Source of the DNA: a virus
Lineage: Duplodnaviria > Heunggongvirae > Uroviricota > Caudoviricetes
DNA length: 26,412 bases
Virus record (IMG/VR): IMGVR_UViG_2529292890_000002
Span: 1 to 26,412 of that record
Direction: 5' to 3' (one strand)
Part shown: positions 15,803 through 23,552 of the stretch, piece by piece
How the letters are laid out: every line of letters begins with the position of its first letter
How positions within the stretch are numbered: position 1 is the stretch's first letter
Notes under the pieces: model-generated
Told to the model about the DNA's origin: nothing
The model's database searches: none
Seen by the model: the letters and a program-made list of their open reading frames with translations, nothing else
Program-made: the position numbers and the translations under genes

Positions 15803-16192
15803 ATGGTCGGTGAGCCAATTTCCGGCGCTGCCGCTGCAACGGTGACAATTACAGGCGTCACATTTGCCAGCATGTTATCAGGCACTGACGCGGGCGTTTT
15901 TGTCGGCGCTTTTGCCGGGGCTGTGGTGTATGTGCTTTCCGCTGCTGAGTTAAGCCGGTTCGCTCAAATTGGGTATTTCATTGCTTCTTTTTTGATTGGT
16001 GTACTCGCGGCAGATATGACAACCGGGTTTATCACGTTGGCGATCGGTAAGTACCTCCCTGACGGCATCACGGTGGGTAAATCTATTGGGGCAACCGTCG
16101 CCGCCGCGCTGGGGGTTTATGTACTTCTCATGCTCAGAAAAATAAACCCAGGGCGTTTATTTTCGGGGGGTGGCGATGGTAACGCTAAATGA
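15803..16192 (+). CDS. Holin-like membrane protein
   Basis: 129 aa with several hydrophobic helices, directly upstream of the endolysin in the late operon. Confidence 0.55.
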   Translation: MVGEPISGAAAATVTITGVTFASMLSGTDAGVFVGAFAGAVVYVLSAAELSRFAQIGYFIASFLIGVLAADMTTGFITLAIGKYLPDGITVGKSIGATVAAALGVYVLLMLRKINPGRLFSGGGDGNAK

Positions 16193-16496
16193 AGTTCTCC
16201 TTATCGTGAATGCAATTACATGCGCAGTAATCGCGGTAACTTTGGGTACTTATCAGCGCAATGGGGCAAAGCATAAGCGAATGGCTGCTTTGTTTGCCTG
16301 GGTGCTCATTGTTGCGTGCGGTTCAGTCACCATCCTGATCGTTACCGGAAGGTATTCAACCGCAAACTTTGCGGAGACGGCGATCAATATGGCGCTCTGT
16401 GTGGCTGTTTTATCGGCCAAAGGCAACGTCATGAAGATTGTTAACAGATCGGACGTAATGAGCATAAGCAAACGAGGTGCCCGTAATGGCAAATAA
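16176..16496 (+). CDS. Second holin/antiholin-like membrane protein
   Basis: About 106 aa from ATG 16176 (alternative GTG at 16170); two to three hydrophobic helices; overlaps both neighbours. Confidence 0.5.
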   Translation: MVTLNEVLLIVNAITCAVIAVTLGTYQRNGAKHKRMAALFAWVLIVACGSVTILIVTGRYSTANFAETAINMALCVAVLSAKGNVMKIVNRSDVMSISKRGARNGK

Positions 16497-16878
16497 CTTT
16501 AAATTCAGTCAGCGGAGTGAAAATAACCTGCGTGGTGTGCATCCCGATCTGGTGAAGGTAGTCAGGCTGGCGCTGGAGCTTTCGCCGGTTGATTTCGGCA
16601 TTACGGAAGGTTTGCGTACTGTCGAACGTCAAAAGCAACTGGTTGCGGAAGGTAAAAGCCAGACTATGAACAGCAGGCATATTTCCGGCCATGCCGTTGA
16701 TGTTTTCGCTTATCCAACGCCTGCCGGTTCATGGGACTGGCAGTATTACCAGCAGATTTCCCAGGCGTTTAAGCAGGCGGGTAAAAATCTGGGCATTCCG
16801 GTGGAGTGGGGCGGAGACTGGAAGACGCTTAAAGACGGGCCACATTTCCAGTTACCTTATGCCGATTACCCTGCCTGA
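16486..16878 (+). CDS. Endolysin, M15-family zinc peptidase type (L-alanyl-D-glutamate endopeptidase-like)
   Basis: ATG 16486 with GAGG 8 nt upstream; metal-binding pattern SRHISGHAVDV ... DGPHFQL (H-x6-D ... H) typical of VanY/M15 peptidases. Confidence 0.75.
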   Translation: MANNFKFSQRSENNLRGVHPDLVKVVRLALELSPVDFGITEGLRTVERQKQLVAEGKSQTMNSRHISGHAVDVFAYPTPAGSWDWQYYQQISQAFKQAGKNLGIPVEWGGDWKTLKDGPHFQLPYADYPA

Positions 16879-16895
16879 TGTGCTGTGCAGGTCAT

Positions 16896-16970
16896 TTTTA
16901 ATTGTGCTGGCCGTGCGTATCGAGCGCGGTCATTTTTGACAGTGCTCCAGCACGTCCGGTATTGACGGTG
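16896..16970. repeat. Copy 1 of a ~70-bp direct repeat, with internal sub-repeats GGTCATTTTT-N-GTGCT and a GTGCT-CC-AGCAC dyad
   Basis: Hand alignment to 22981-23055: a 21-bp identical core GTGCTGGCCGTGCGTATCGAG plus about 46 further positions at roughly 70% identity (about 80% overall). Confidence 0.7.
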
Positions 16971-16992
16971 CGAGCTGGCGAGAGGTTTTGAA

Positions 16993-17526
16993 ATGGGGCT
17001 GTTTTCACGCTGGAAAGTGATCGTTTGTCTTGTGCTGGCCGCTGCTGCTGTCTGGGGTTTTAGCCACTGGCGTTACAGTGCCGGTTATGGTGATGCCGAT
17101 CAGCACTGGCGTGAAGAGTGGGCGCAACGTGATGCACGCGACGCCACTGCGCTGGCACAAAGGCAGGCTAAGGCCAGGGCAGAAGAACAACGCCGACAAG
17201 GTGAAATTGATGCGATCAGAAAACAAGCCAGCCAGCAGCTTGCTGGCGTGCAGGCTGATGCCGATCGTGCCCGTGCTGCTTCTCGTGGGCTGCACGACAG
17301 GGCCGACAAACTCGCCAGGCAACTGGCAGACCGTGAACGCGCCTGCGGTGCCGGAACTCCCGGCAGAAGCGAGGCAGAAACCAGCGGCGCCGTACTGCTC
17401 GCCGACCTGTTCCGCCGCGCTGACGATCGAGCGGGGCAACTGGCAAAAGATGCTGATGAAGCAAGAGCCAGAGGATTAGCCTGTGAGGCTGCATATGATG
17501 CGGTTAAGTCCGGGAGGGATAAGTAA
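16993..17526 (+). CDS. i-spanin (Rz / LysB-like)
   Basis: N-terminal transmembrane anchor KVIVCLVLAAAAVWGF then a charged, Ala/Arg/Gln-rich coiled-coil-like periplasmic region; GAGAGG SD; follows the endolysin. Confidence 0.7.
   Translation: MGLFSRWKVIVCLVLAAAAVWGFSHWRYSAGYGDADQHWREEWAQRDARDATALAQRQAKARAEEQRRQGEIDAIRKQASQQLAGVQADADRARAASRGLHDRADKLARQLADRERACGAGTPGRSEAETSGAVLLADLFRRADDRAGQLAKDADEARARGLACEAAYDAVKSGRDK
17210..17479 (+). CDS. o-spanin (Rz1 / LysC-like lipoprotein) embedded in the +1 frame of the i-spanin gene
   Basis: ATG 17210 with AAGGTG SD; signal peptide ending in lipobox LLVGC; Pro-rich mature part; alternative start at 17258. Confidence 0.6.
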   Translation: MRSENKPASSLLACRLMPIVPVLLLVGCTTGPTNSPGNWQTVNAPAVPELPAEARQKPAAPYCSPTCSAALTIERGNWQKMLMKQEPED

Positions 17527-18020
17527 TGCTTAAACCCGATTTGCTGCGCCAGATGATAAGCCAGCATGTGCCCTGGCTGCGCGAGAATCCCGATAATCTG
17601 GCGGTTTACCTGCGTAAAGGCCGTATGGTCAGCACCGGCCAGCGTGCTGCTGCGTTTGAGTATCGCTATACGCTGGAAGTGCTGGTGATGGATTACCCTG
17701 AATCTCTGGATACTATCAGTGTGCCGGTGCTGGCATGGGCGCGCTTATATCAGCCTGATCTGTTGTTTAACCCGGACAGGCAGCAGAACGGGATAACATT
17801 CGAAGCCGATATCCTGAGTAACAGCACGATGGACGTGCTGATCCAGATTCAGACTGATGAAGCGGTGATCGTCACCCGTGAAGATGGCGAGATCGTCACC
17901 CGTCACCGTGCTGACCCTGCGCCGGGGCCAGAAATTGGCGCGTGGTCACTGGTATTTGTTGATGAGGTCAGCGGCGAAACATGGCAGGACAACAAACCGA
18001 TCCCCTCTTCCAGCAGTTAG
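17526..18020 (+). CDS. R: Tail completion protein R (P2 gpR-like)
   Basis: 164 aa; N-terminus MLKPDLLRQ and VPVLAW...QPD resemble P2 gpR as recalled; start overlaps the spanin stop (TAATG). Confidence 0.8.
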   Translation: MLKPDLLRQMISQHVPWLRENPDNLAVYLRKGRMVSTGQRAAAFEYRYTLEVLVMDYPESLDTISVPVLAWARLYQPDLLFNPDRQQNGITFEADILSNSTMDVLIQIQTDEAVIVTREDGEIVTRHRADPAPGPEIGAWSLVFVDEVSGETWQDNKPIPSSSS

Positions 18021-18625
18021 ACGACTGGCTAGCCAGTGTGGCCGCGCAGCTTTCACCGGGGCACCGTCGCAAGCTGACGCGCGACGTTGCGATCGGGCTG
18101 CGTAAGCGTCAGCAAAAGCGTATCGCCAGCCAGAAGAACCCCAGCGGCGAAAGCTATCAGGCCCGCCGCCGCAAAATCCTGCGCACCCAGGGCGGGATAA
18201 AGTTCATATGGAATGATGAAGCCAGGGAGTTACGCAACTGGCGAACCACGGGCAGGGGAGAGCACCGCGCAATCACCGGCTATGACGTGGATCGCGGTGC
18301 ACTGCGCACGTTCTATAAGCGCGATATCCAGCGCTATATTGAAATCAATCTCAACCAGTCAAAGCAGAACCGTACCAGAAAGGATCCGATGTTCCGCAAG
18401 CTGCGCACCGCACGCTTTCTTAAGGCTTACGGTACGGGCGGCATGGCTGTGGTTGGCTTTCAGGGGCATACCGCCGAAATTGCCAGCGTTCACCAGTACG
18501 GTGAAGTCGATAACGTGGTGCCGGGTGCCCGTGCACGCTACCCGGTGCGTGAACTCCTGGGCATGACCGAGGGGGATTTAGACTGGCTGGCTGATACTGT
18601 TGTCGCCTTCATGCAAGAGATTTGA
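17981..18625 (+). CDS. S: Virion morphogenesis / tail completion protein S (P2 gpS-like), longer than P2 S
   Basis: 214 aa; QKNPSGESYQARRRK and C-terminal YPVRELLGMTEGDL resemble gpS-family proteins; start overlaps the R 3' end; start codon uncertain. Confidence 0.65.
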   Translation: MAGQQTDPLFQQLDDWLASVAAQLSPGHRRKLTRDVAIGLRKRQQKRIASQKNPSGESYQARRRKILRTQGGIKFIWNDEARELRNWRTTGRGEHRAITGYDVDRGALRTFYKRDIQRYIEINLNQSKQNRTRKDPMFRKLRTARFLKAYGTGGMAVVGFQGHTAEIASVHQYGEVDNVVPGARARYPVRELLGMTEGDLDWLADTVVAFMQEI

Positions 18626-18626
18626 T

Positions 18627-18644
18627 TGTCACCAACCCGCCACA
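18627..18644. promoter_or_regulatory. TGT-N12-ACA dyad (late activator site) upstream of V
   Basis: TGT CACCAACCCGCC ACA just past the S stop, about 150 bp upstream of the V start. Confidence 0.45.
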
Positions 18645-18782
18645 ATGGCGCTGCGTTGTTTGCGCGCGCGCGACTCCTGATACTGACTGCATAACCCAAA
18701 AGCCGAAACGGTCGTAAAGCCTGCTACCGGGTGGAAGCGACGCCGGACAGCGTAACCGGCACCACGGGAAACAGTCAGCACT

Positions 18783-19412
18783 ATGAATTTAAACGAACTC
18801 TATCGCCTTATCTGCAATCTCGCCCGCATTGGCACCGTGCTGGAAGTGAATACGGAAAAGTACCTTGCGCGCGTCGAAACAGGCGAGAACAAAACCGACT
18901 GGATCCGCTGGGCAGTGCCGCGCGCCGGTGAAGCCGTGACGTGGTGGGCGCCGACAGTGGGCGAACAGGTTTATATTTTGTGCCCCTGCGGTGAGATGGA
19001 AACGGCATTCATTGCCGGAAGCCTTTACAGCGAAGACGCACCGCCGCCAGATGCTGGCGCTACCACCTGCGTGATCTTGCACCCGGATGGCGCCCGTATC
19101 TCATATGACCCGGAGGCCAGCGCGCTGGTTGTCAGCGGGGTGAAAACGGCAAGCGTCACCGCGTCGGAATCCATTACCGCCACCGTGCCGGTGGTAACGG
19201 TCAAGGCAGATACGCGCGTTACCCTGGACACGCCGGAAGTGGTCTGCACCAACAAGCTGATCACCGCCACGCTGGAAGTACAAAACGGCGGGGAAATGAA
19301 GGGCAATATTACCCATTCAGGCGGATCGCTTTCGTCTAATGGTGTCGTTGTCCATTCGCACAAACATAGTGGCGTTCAGTCCGGTGGCAGTAATACAGGT
19401 GGCCCGGTATGA
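18783..19412 (+). CDS. V: Baseplate assembly / spike protein V (P2 gpV-like)
   Basis: 209 aa; Gly/Ser-rich C-terminus HSHKHSGVQSGGSNTGGPV; position and resemblance to P2 gpV as recalled. Confidence 0.85.
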   Translation: MNLNELYRLICNLARIGTVLEVNTEKYLARVETGENKTDWIRWAVPRAGEAVTWWAPTVGEQVYILCPCGEMETAFIAGSLYSEDAPPPDAGATTCVILHPDGARISYDPEASALVVSGVKTASVTASESITATVPVVTVKADTRVTLDTPEVVCTNKLITATLEVQNGGEMKGNITHSGGSLSSNGVVVHSHKHSGVQSGGSNTGGPV

Positions 19413-19771
19413 GTACAGTCCGTTACAGCGGCATGAATGCCAGTTCAGGCCATGCCATCACCGACAACGAGCATATAGCGCAGTCTATCGGCGATATTCT
19501 GTTAACGCCGATCGGTTCCCGTGTAATGCGCCGCGCTTACGGTTCGCAGCTTTTCAACCTGATAGATCAGCCGGTCGATAACGCCATAACGAAGCTGCGC
19601 GTTATGTCTGCTATCTACAGCGCCCTGTATTTATGGGAACCGCGGATCTCTCTGACCAGTATCACCCTGAGCGCGCCGGGTGCCGGTCGGCTGGTTGCCA
19701 CTATCCAGGCCAATCGCACTGACAATCAGACGCCATTTAACGCCGATATCACATTGAGGGGCCAGGCATGA
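19409..19771 (+). CDS. W: Baseplate wedge protein W (GPW/gp25 family)
   Basis: 120 aa; start overlaps the V stop (ATGA); resemblance to gp25-like baseplate proteins as recalled. Confidence 0.85.
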   Translation: MSTVRYSGMNASSGHAITDNEHIAQSIGDILLTPIGSRVMRRAYGSQLFNLIDQPVDNAITKLRVMSAIYSALYLWEPRISLTSITLSAPGAGRLVATIQANRTDNQTPFNADITLRGQA

Positions 19772-20679
19772 GCGGCACGATCGATTTATCACAGCTACCG
19801 CCGCCCGTGGTGGTTGAACCGCTGGACTTCGAAACGCTTTTCGCGCAGCGCAAGGCCGCATTTATTGCGATGTACCCGGAAGACGAACAGGAAGAGATCG
19901 CCCGCACGCTTGAGCTTGAATCGGAGCCGATCACCATGCTGCTGGAAGAAAATTGCTATCGCGAATTGCTGTTGCGCCAGCGGGTGAATGAAGCGGCCCG
20001 CGCGGTGATGCTGGCTTATTCCACAGATAGCGATCTGGATAATCTGGCGGTCAATTTCAACGTTGAACGTCTGACCATTCAGGAGGAAGACGACAGCGTT
20101 ACCCCGCCAATTGAAGCCGTGATGGAGTCAGACGCGGATTTACGCACGCGTACCCAGCAGGCGTTTGAAGGTCTGAGCGTGGCCGGGCCAACGGCGGCGT
20201 ATGAATTTTGGGGGCGTTCGGCTGACGGGCGCGTAGCTGATATTTCGGCGGTCAGTCCTACGCCTGCCTGCGTCACCATTTCGGTGCTGTCGCGTGAGGG
20301 TGACGGAACGGCCAACGATGATCTGCTTTCCGTGGTCGCTGCTGCCCTGAACGATGAAGAGGTGCGCCCGGTGGCCGACAGGGTAACGGTGCAGTCTGCG
20401 GAGATCGTGCCGTATCAGATCGATGCAACGCTTTACATCTATCCGGGGCCGGAAGCCGAACCCGTCCGGCAGGCATCGGAGCAACAGTTACAGGCGTATA
20501 TTGCCGCGCAGAATCGCTTAGGGCGTGATATCCGTCTTTCAGCTATCTACGCCGCCCTGCACGTCGAAGGCGTCCAGCGCGTGGAACTGGCGCAGCCTGT
20601 TGCGGATATCGTGCTGAGTGACTACCAGGCATCGCACTGCACCGAATACACCATAACGGTGGGTGGTTACGATGAGTAA
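19768..20679 (+). CDS. J: Baseplate assembly protein J
   Basis: 303 aa; start overlaps the W stop; position between W and I as in P2. Confidence 0.85.
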   Translation: MSGTIDLSQLPPPVVVEPLDFETLFAQRKAAFIAMYPEDEQEEIARTLELESEPITMLLEENCYRELLLRQRVNEAARAVMLAYSTDSDLDNLAVNFNVERLTIQEEDDSVTPPIEAVMESDADLRTRTQQAFEGLSVAGPTAAYEFWGRSADGRVADISAVSPTPACVTISVLSREGDGTANDDLLSVVAAALNDEEVRPVADRVTVQSAEIVPYQIDATLYIYPGPEAEPVRQASEQQLQAYIAAQNRLGRDIRLSAIYAALHVEGVQRVELAQPVADIVLSDYQASHCTEYTITVGGYDE

Positions 20680-21286
20680 TGACCTGTTACCACCCAGCGC
20701 CAGCCGAATGGAGAGAGTCGCCGCGCGCGTCTGTGCGTCGTTGGGTGAAGTGCCCGTGCCGCTGCGTCAGTTGTGGAACCCGTGGACGTGTCGGGCTGAT
20801 CTGCTGCCCTATCTGGCGTGGGCCTTCTCCGTTGATCGCTGGGATGAGTCCTGGCCGATCAGCACGAAGCGTAAGGCGGTAGCCGATGCGTTCTACCTGC
20901 ATAAGTACAAGGGTACAACGGGCGCCATGCGCCGGGTTGTGGAGCCGTTCGGCTTCTTCATCCGGGTTAACGAGTGGTGGAACATCGACACCGCACCAGG
21001 CACTTTCACGCTGGATATTGGGGTGGAAGACCAGGGCATTAGTGAAGAAACCTATCAGGAGCTTGAACGCCTGATCGCCGATGTGAAGCCGTGCAGCCGT
21101 CATATGCTGGGAATGTCTCTTCACCTGCAAACAACTGGCGATTTGTATATCGGCGCGGGCAGTTATTCCGGCGATACGCTGACCGTATACCCGTATTTCC
21201 CTGAAACCATAGCCGTGGGCGGTGATGATTACACCGGGGCGGCAATCCATTTAATTGACACCGTGGAGATCGCAAGTGGCGACTAA
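20672..21286 (+). CDS. I: Tail / baseplate protein I
   Basis: Start at ATG 20672 (alternative GTG 20663); about 204 aa; position between J and H. Confidence 0.8.
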   Translation: MSNDLLPPSASRMERVAARVCASLGEVPVPLRQLWNPWTCRADLLPYLAWAFSVDRWDESWPISTKRKAVADAFYLHKYKGTTGAMRRVVEPFGFFIRVNEWWNIDTAPGTFTLDIGVEDQGISEETYQELERLIADVKPCSRHMLGMSLHLQTTGDLYIGAGSYSGDTLTVYPYFPETIAVGGDDYTGAAIHLIDTVEIASGD

Positions 21287-22358
21287 ATATTATGCCGTGC
21301 TAACCAATGTGGGCGCAGCGAAACTGGCAAATGCCACGGCATTGGGTGCGCAGGTTGAGATCACCCAGATGGCTGTAGGCGATGGTAACGGCGCATTGCC
21401 GACGCCGAACCCGGCACAAACGGCGCTGGTTCATGAGTTGCGCCGCGCGCCACTCAATACCCTGAGCATTGATCCGAACAACGCCAACCAGATTATTGCC
21501 GAACAGGTGATCCACGAAGACGTGGGCGGGTGGTGGATCCGTGAAATCGGCTTATTCGATAAAGACGGCGATATGATTGCCGTAGCCAACTGCGCGGAAA
21601 CCTATAAGCCGCAGTTGCAGGAAGGTAGCGGGCGCGTTCAGATTGTCCGCATGATCCTGATAGTCAGCAGCACCGCCGCCGTGACTCTGAAAATTGACCC
21701 TTCGGTAGTGCTGGCAACGCGCCAGTATGTTGATGATCAGATAATCCAGGTGAAAGCCTATGTTGATCAGCAACTGGCGGCGCATGTGGCTGCGGCTGAT
21801 CCTCATGCGCAATATTTGCTTGAGTCGGATTTTGATAAATTTTTCCCGGTAGGTTTTCCGCTTCCGTGGCCGCAGGCAACGCCGCCAGGCGGCTGGCTTA
21901 AATGCAATGGTGCAACGTTCGATAAGGTCAAATATCCGAAGCTGGCGACGGCTTACCCTTCTGGCGTATTACCAGATTTGCGCGGTGAGTTTTTGAGAGG
22001 TTGGGATGATGGGCGTGGGGTTGATGTAAACCGAGTATTGTTAAGTTCCCAGAGTGAGGATTTAAAGGGCCATCGGCATGAGTCCTATTTCTATGCGGGG
22101 ATCAGCAGAAATGAAGTGCCTTTAACTAGCTTGGATAGTTCGTGTGAAATGCTAACATTAAGCTCAACAACCAATGCACTCGCACCAACGGATATAGATA
22201 CCAGCGGCACTCTTATCGGTAATGATGATTATAACTGTCTGGCCGAAGGTAATAAAAACAACAAACGAACTGCAACAGGATTAAGTTCCACCATTGTAGG
22301 TGGAGGCGAAACTCGTCCGCGAAACGTATCATTTAATTATATCGTGAGGGCTGCATAA
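21276..22358 (+). CDS. H: Tail fibre protein H (short, about 360 aa) with AT-rich distal part
   Basis: Start at GTG 21276 (GGAG 7 nt upstream; track's first codon is TTG at 21255); N-terminus ATKYYAVLTNVGAAKLANA...MAVGDGNG resembles the conserved P2 gpH N-terminus as recalled. Confidence 0.75.
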   Translation: MATKYYAVLTNVGAAKLANATALGAQVEITQMAVGDGNGALPTPNPAQTALVHELRRAPLNTLSIDPNNANQIIAEQVIHEDVGGWWIREIGLFDKDGDMIAVANCAETYKPQLQEGSGRVQIVRMILIVSSTAAVTLKIDPSVVLATRQYVDDQIIQVKAYVDQQLAAHVAAADPHAQYLLESDFDKFFPVGFPLPWPQATPPGGWLKCNGATFDKVKYPKLATAYPSGVLPDLRGEFLRGWDDGRGVDVNRVLLSSQSEDLKGHRHESYFYAGISRNEVPLTSLDSSCEMLTLSSTTNALAPTDIDTSGTLIGNDDYNCLAEGNKNNKRTATGLSSTIVGGGETRPRNVSFNYIVRAA

Positions 22359-22954
22359 TGACGCAGGCAGAATTAAACAGCGAACTTATTGCTACTGTGG
22401 CAGGTGATATCACGGTATTCAATTACGATGGGGAAACACGCGAATATTTAACTTCAATGGTTGAATATCTGGCGGAAGGTGTTGGCCTTCCTGCAAATTC
22501 ATGCACCGATGCGCCAAGCGAAAGTAAAGAGGGATTTGCTATTTGTCGAACAGCAGATTTTACCGCATGGGAATACGTCGCCGATCACCGTGGTGAAACG
22601 GTATACAGCACTAAAACAGGCGAATCGGAGATCGTTTCTTTGCCTGGCGATTACCCGGAGGGTACTACCACGCTGGCACCTTCGACACCTTACGATACGT
22701 GGAACGGTAGCGAGTGGGTAACAGATACGGAAACGCAGCACGCGGCGGACGTGGAAGCGGCGGAGCAACAGAAAGCTGCGCTACTCCTTGAGGCGCAGGC
22801 AACGATCAGTCTATGGCAGACGGAGCTACAGTTAGGCATTATCAGCGATGAAGATAAAGCCAGCCTGATCGCCTGGATGAACTACATCAAAGCCGTGCAG
22901 GCGGTGGATACCTCGAAAGCGCCGGATATCACCTGGCCGGATAAGCCGGAATAA
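22358..22954 (+). CDS. G: Tail fibre assembly protein G (Tfa-like)
   Basis: 198 aa; start overlaps the H stop (TAATG); directly downstream of the fibre gene. Confidence 0.8.
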   Translation: MTQAELNSELIATVAGDITVFNYDGETREYLTSMVEYLAEGVGLPANSCTDAPSESKEGFAICRTADFTAWEYVADHRGETVYSTKTGESEIVSLPGDYPEGTTTLAPSTPYDTWNGSEWVTDTETQHAADVEAAEQQKAALLLEAQATISLWQTELQLGIISDEDKASLIAWMNYIKAVQAVDTSKAPDITWPDKPE

Positions 22955-22980
22955 GTTTTCATTCCGGCACGCATGGCCGG

Positions 22981-23055
22981 TTCTAACCGTGCTGGCCGTG
23001 CGTATCGAGTACAGTCATTTTTAACGGTGCTGTAGCACGGTCAGTTATGGCGGTG
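22981..23055. repeat. Copy 2 of the ~70-bp direct repeat, in the convergent G/U intergenic region
   Basis: Aligns to 16896-16970 (identical 21-bp core GTGCTGGCCGTGCGTATCGAG; GTGCT-GT-AGCAC dyad). Confidence 0.7.
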
Positions 23056-23071
23056 TGTTCCGGAAGACGAA

Positions 23072-23093
23072 GCGGGCAAAGGCCCGCTTTTCT
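23072..23093 (+). terminator. Rho-independent terminator at the convergent G/U junction (likely bidirectional)
   Basis: Stem GCGGGC, loop AAAG, stem GCCCGC, then TTTTCT; A-rich GAAGACGAA on the 5' side. Confidence 0.6.
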
Positions 23094-23542
23094 TATATCG
23101 AAAGGTTGGTTTTCACCAGAGAGAAGAGATCGTCGATGGTCGTTTCGGCCAGCTTTTCCCGTATGTCCTCGCTTACCCGTTTCAGGTTGAGCGTAAAATC
23201 AATTTTCTTTGCCTTCCCGTCCTTAAAAAACTCCGTCCGGTTTTGTGTGATCTGCTCAATTACATACATGCCGTAGATCCTGCCCGTGCCTTCTATCAGG
23301 GGCCACGGGCGCCCGGAAAAAGCCATAGTTTCCAGCATGACAAGCGACACATCACCGCCGCTTATTTCGGGGTACAGCGTGCCGCTGAGTACGAACGGTT
23401 CTTCATCTGCGCCGATGAACTGATAGCGCGGGGATTTCCCCACGCGATCGTTTTTGACGTGCCGCCAGGAGTTGGTTTTATTCGCACTCTGGTAAGGCGT
23501 GGTTTGCAGTGAAAAGGGGAACATCCCCAGAATCATCATCAT
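23093..23542 (-). CDS. U: Tail protein U (P2 gpU-like)
   Basis: 149 aa beginning MMMILGMFPFSLQTTPYQ, with SGTLYPEISGG and GMYVIEQI resembling P2 gpU as recalled; directly downstream of the tape-measure gene on the minus strand. Confidence 0.85.
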   Translation of the reverse strand: MMMILGMFPFSLQTTPYQSANKTNSWRHVKNDRVGKSPRYQFIGADEEPFVLSGTLYPEISGGDVSLVMLETMAFSGRPWPLIEGTGRIYGMYVIEQITQNRTEFFKDGKAKKIDFTLNLKRVSEDIREKLAETTIDDLFSLVKTNLSI

Positions 23543-23552
23543 GATATTGCCC

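Noticed and set aside
17005-17567. Additional overlapping ORFs across the spanin region (minus-strand 17005..17439, 17100..17567, 17216..17494)
   Set aside because: Only the plus-strand +1-frame ORF has a lipoprotein signal and SD; the minus-strand ORFs are Ala/Arg-rich reflections of the GC-rich coiled-coil coding sequence.
22944-22967. Hairpin CCGGAAT-N8-ATTCCGG overlapping the G stop codon as a terminator
   Set aside because: Perfect 7-bp stem but no following T-run; the better terminator candidate is the GC-stem hairpin with T-tract at 23072-23093, so this one is left as a possible mRNA structure only.
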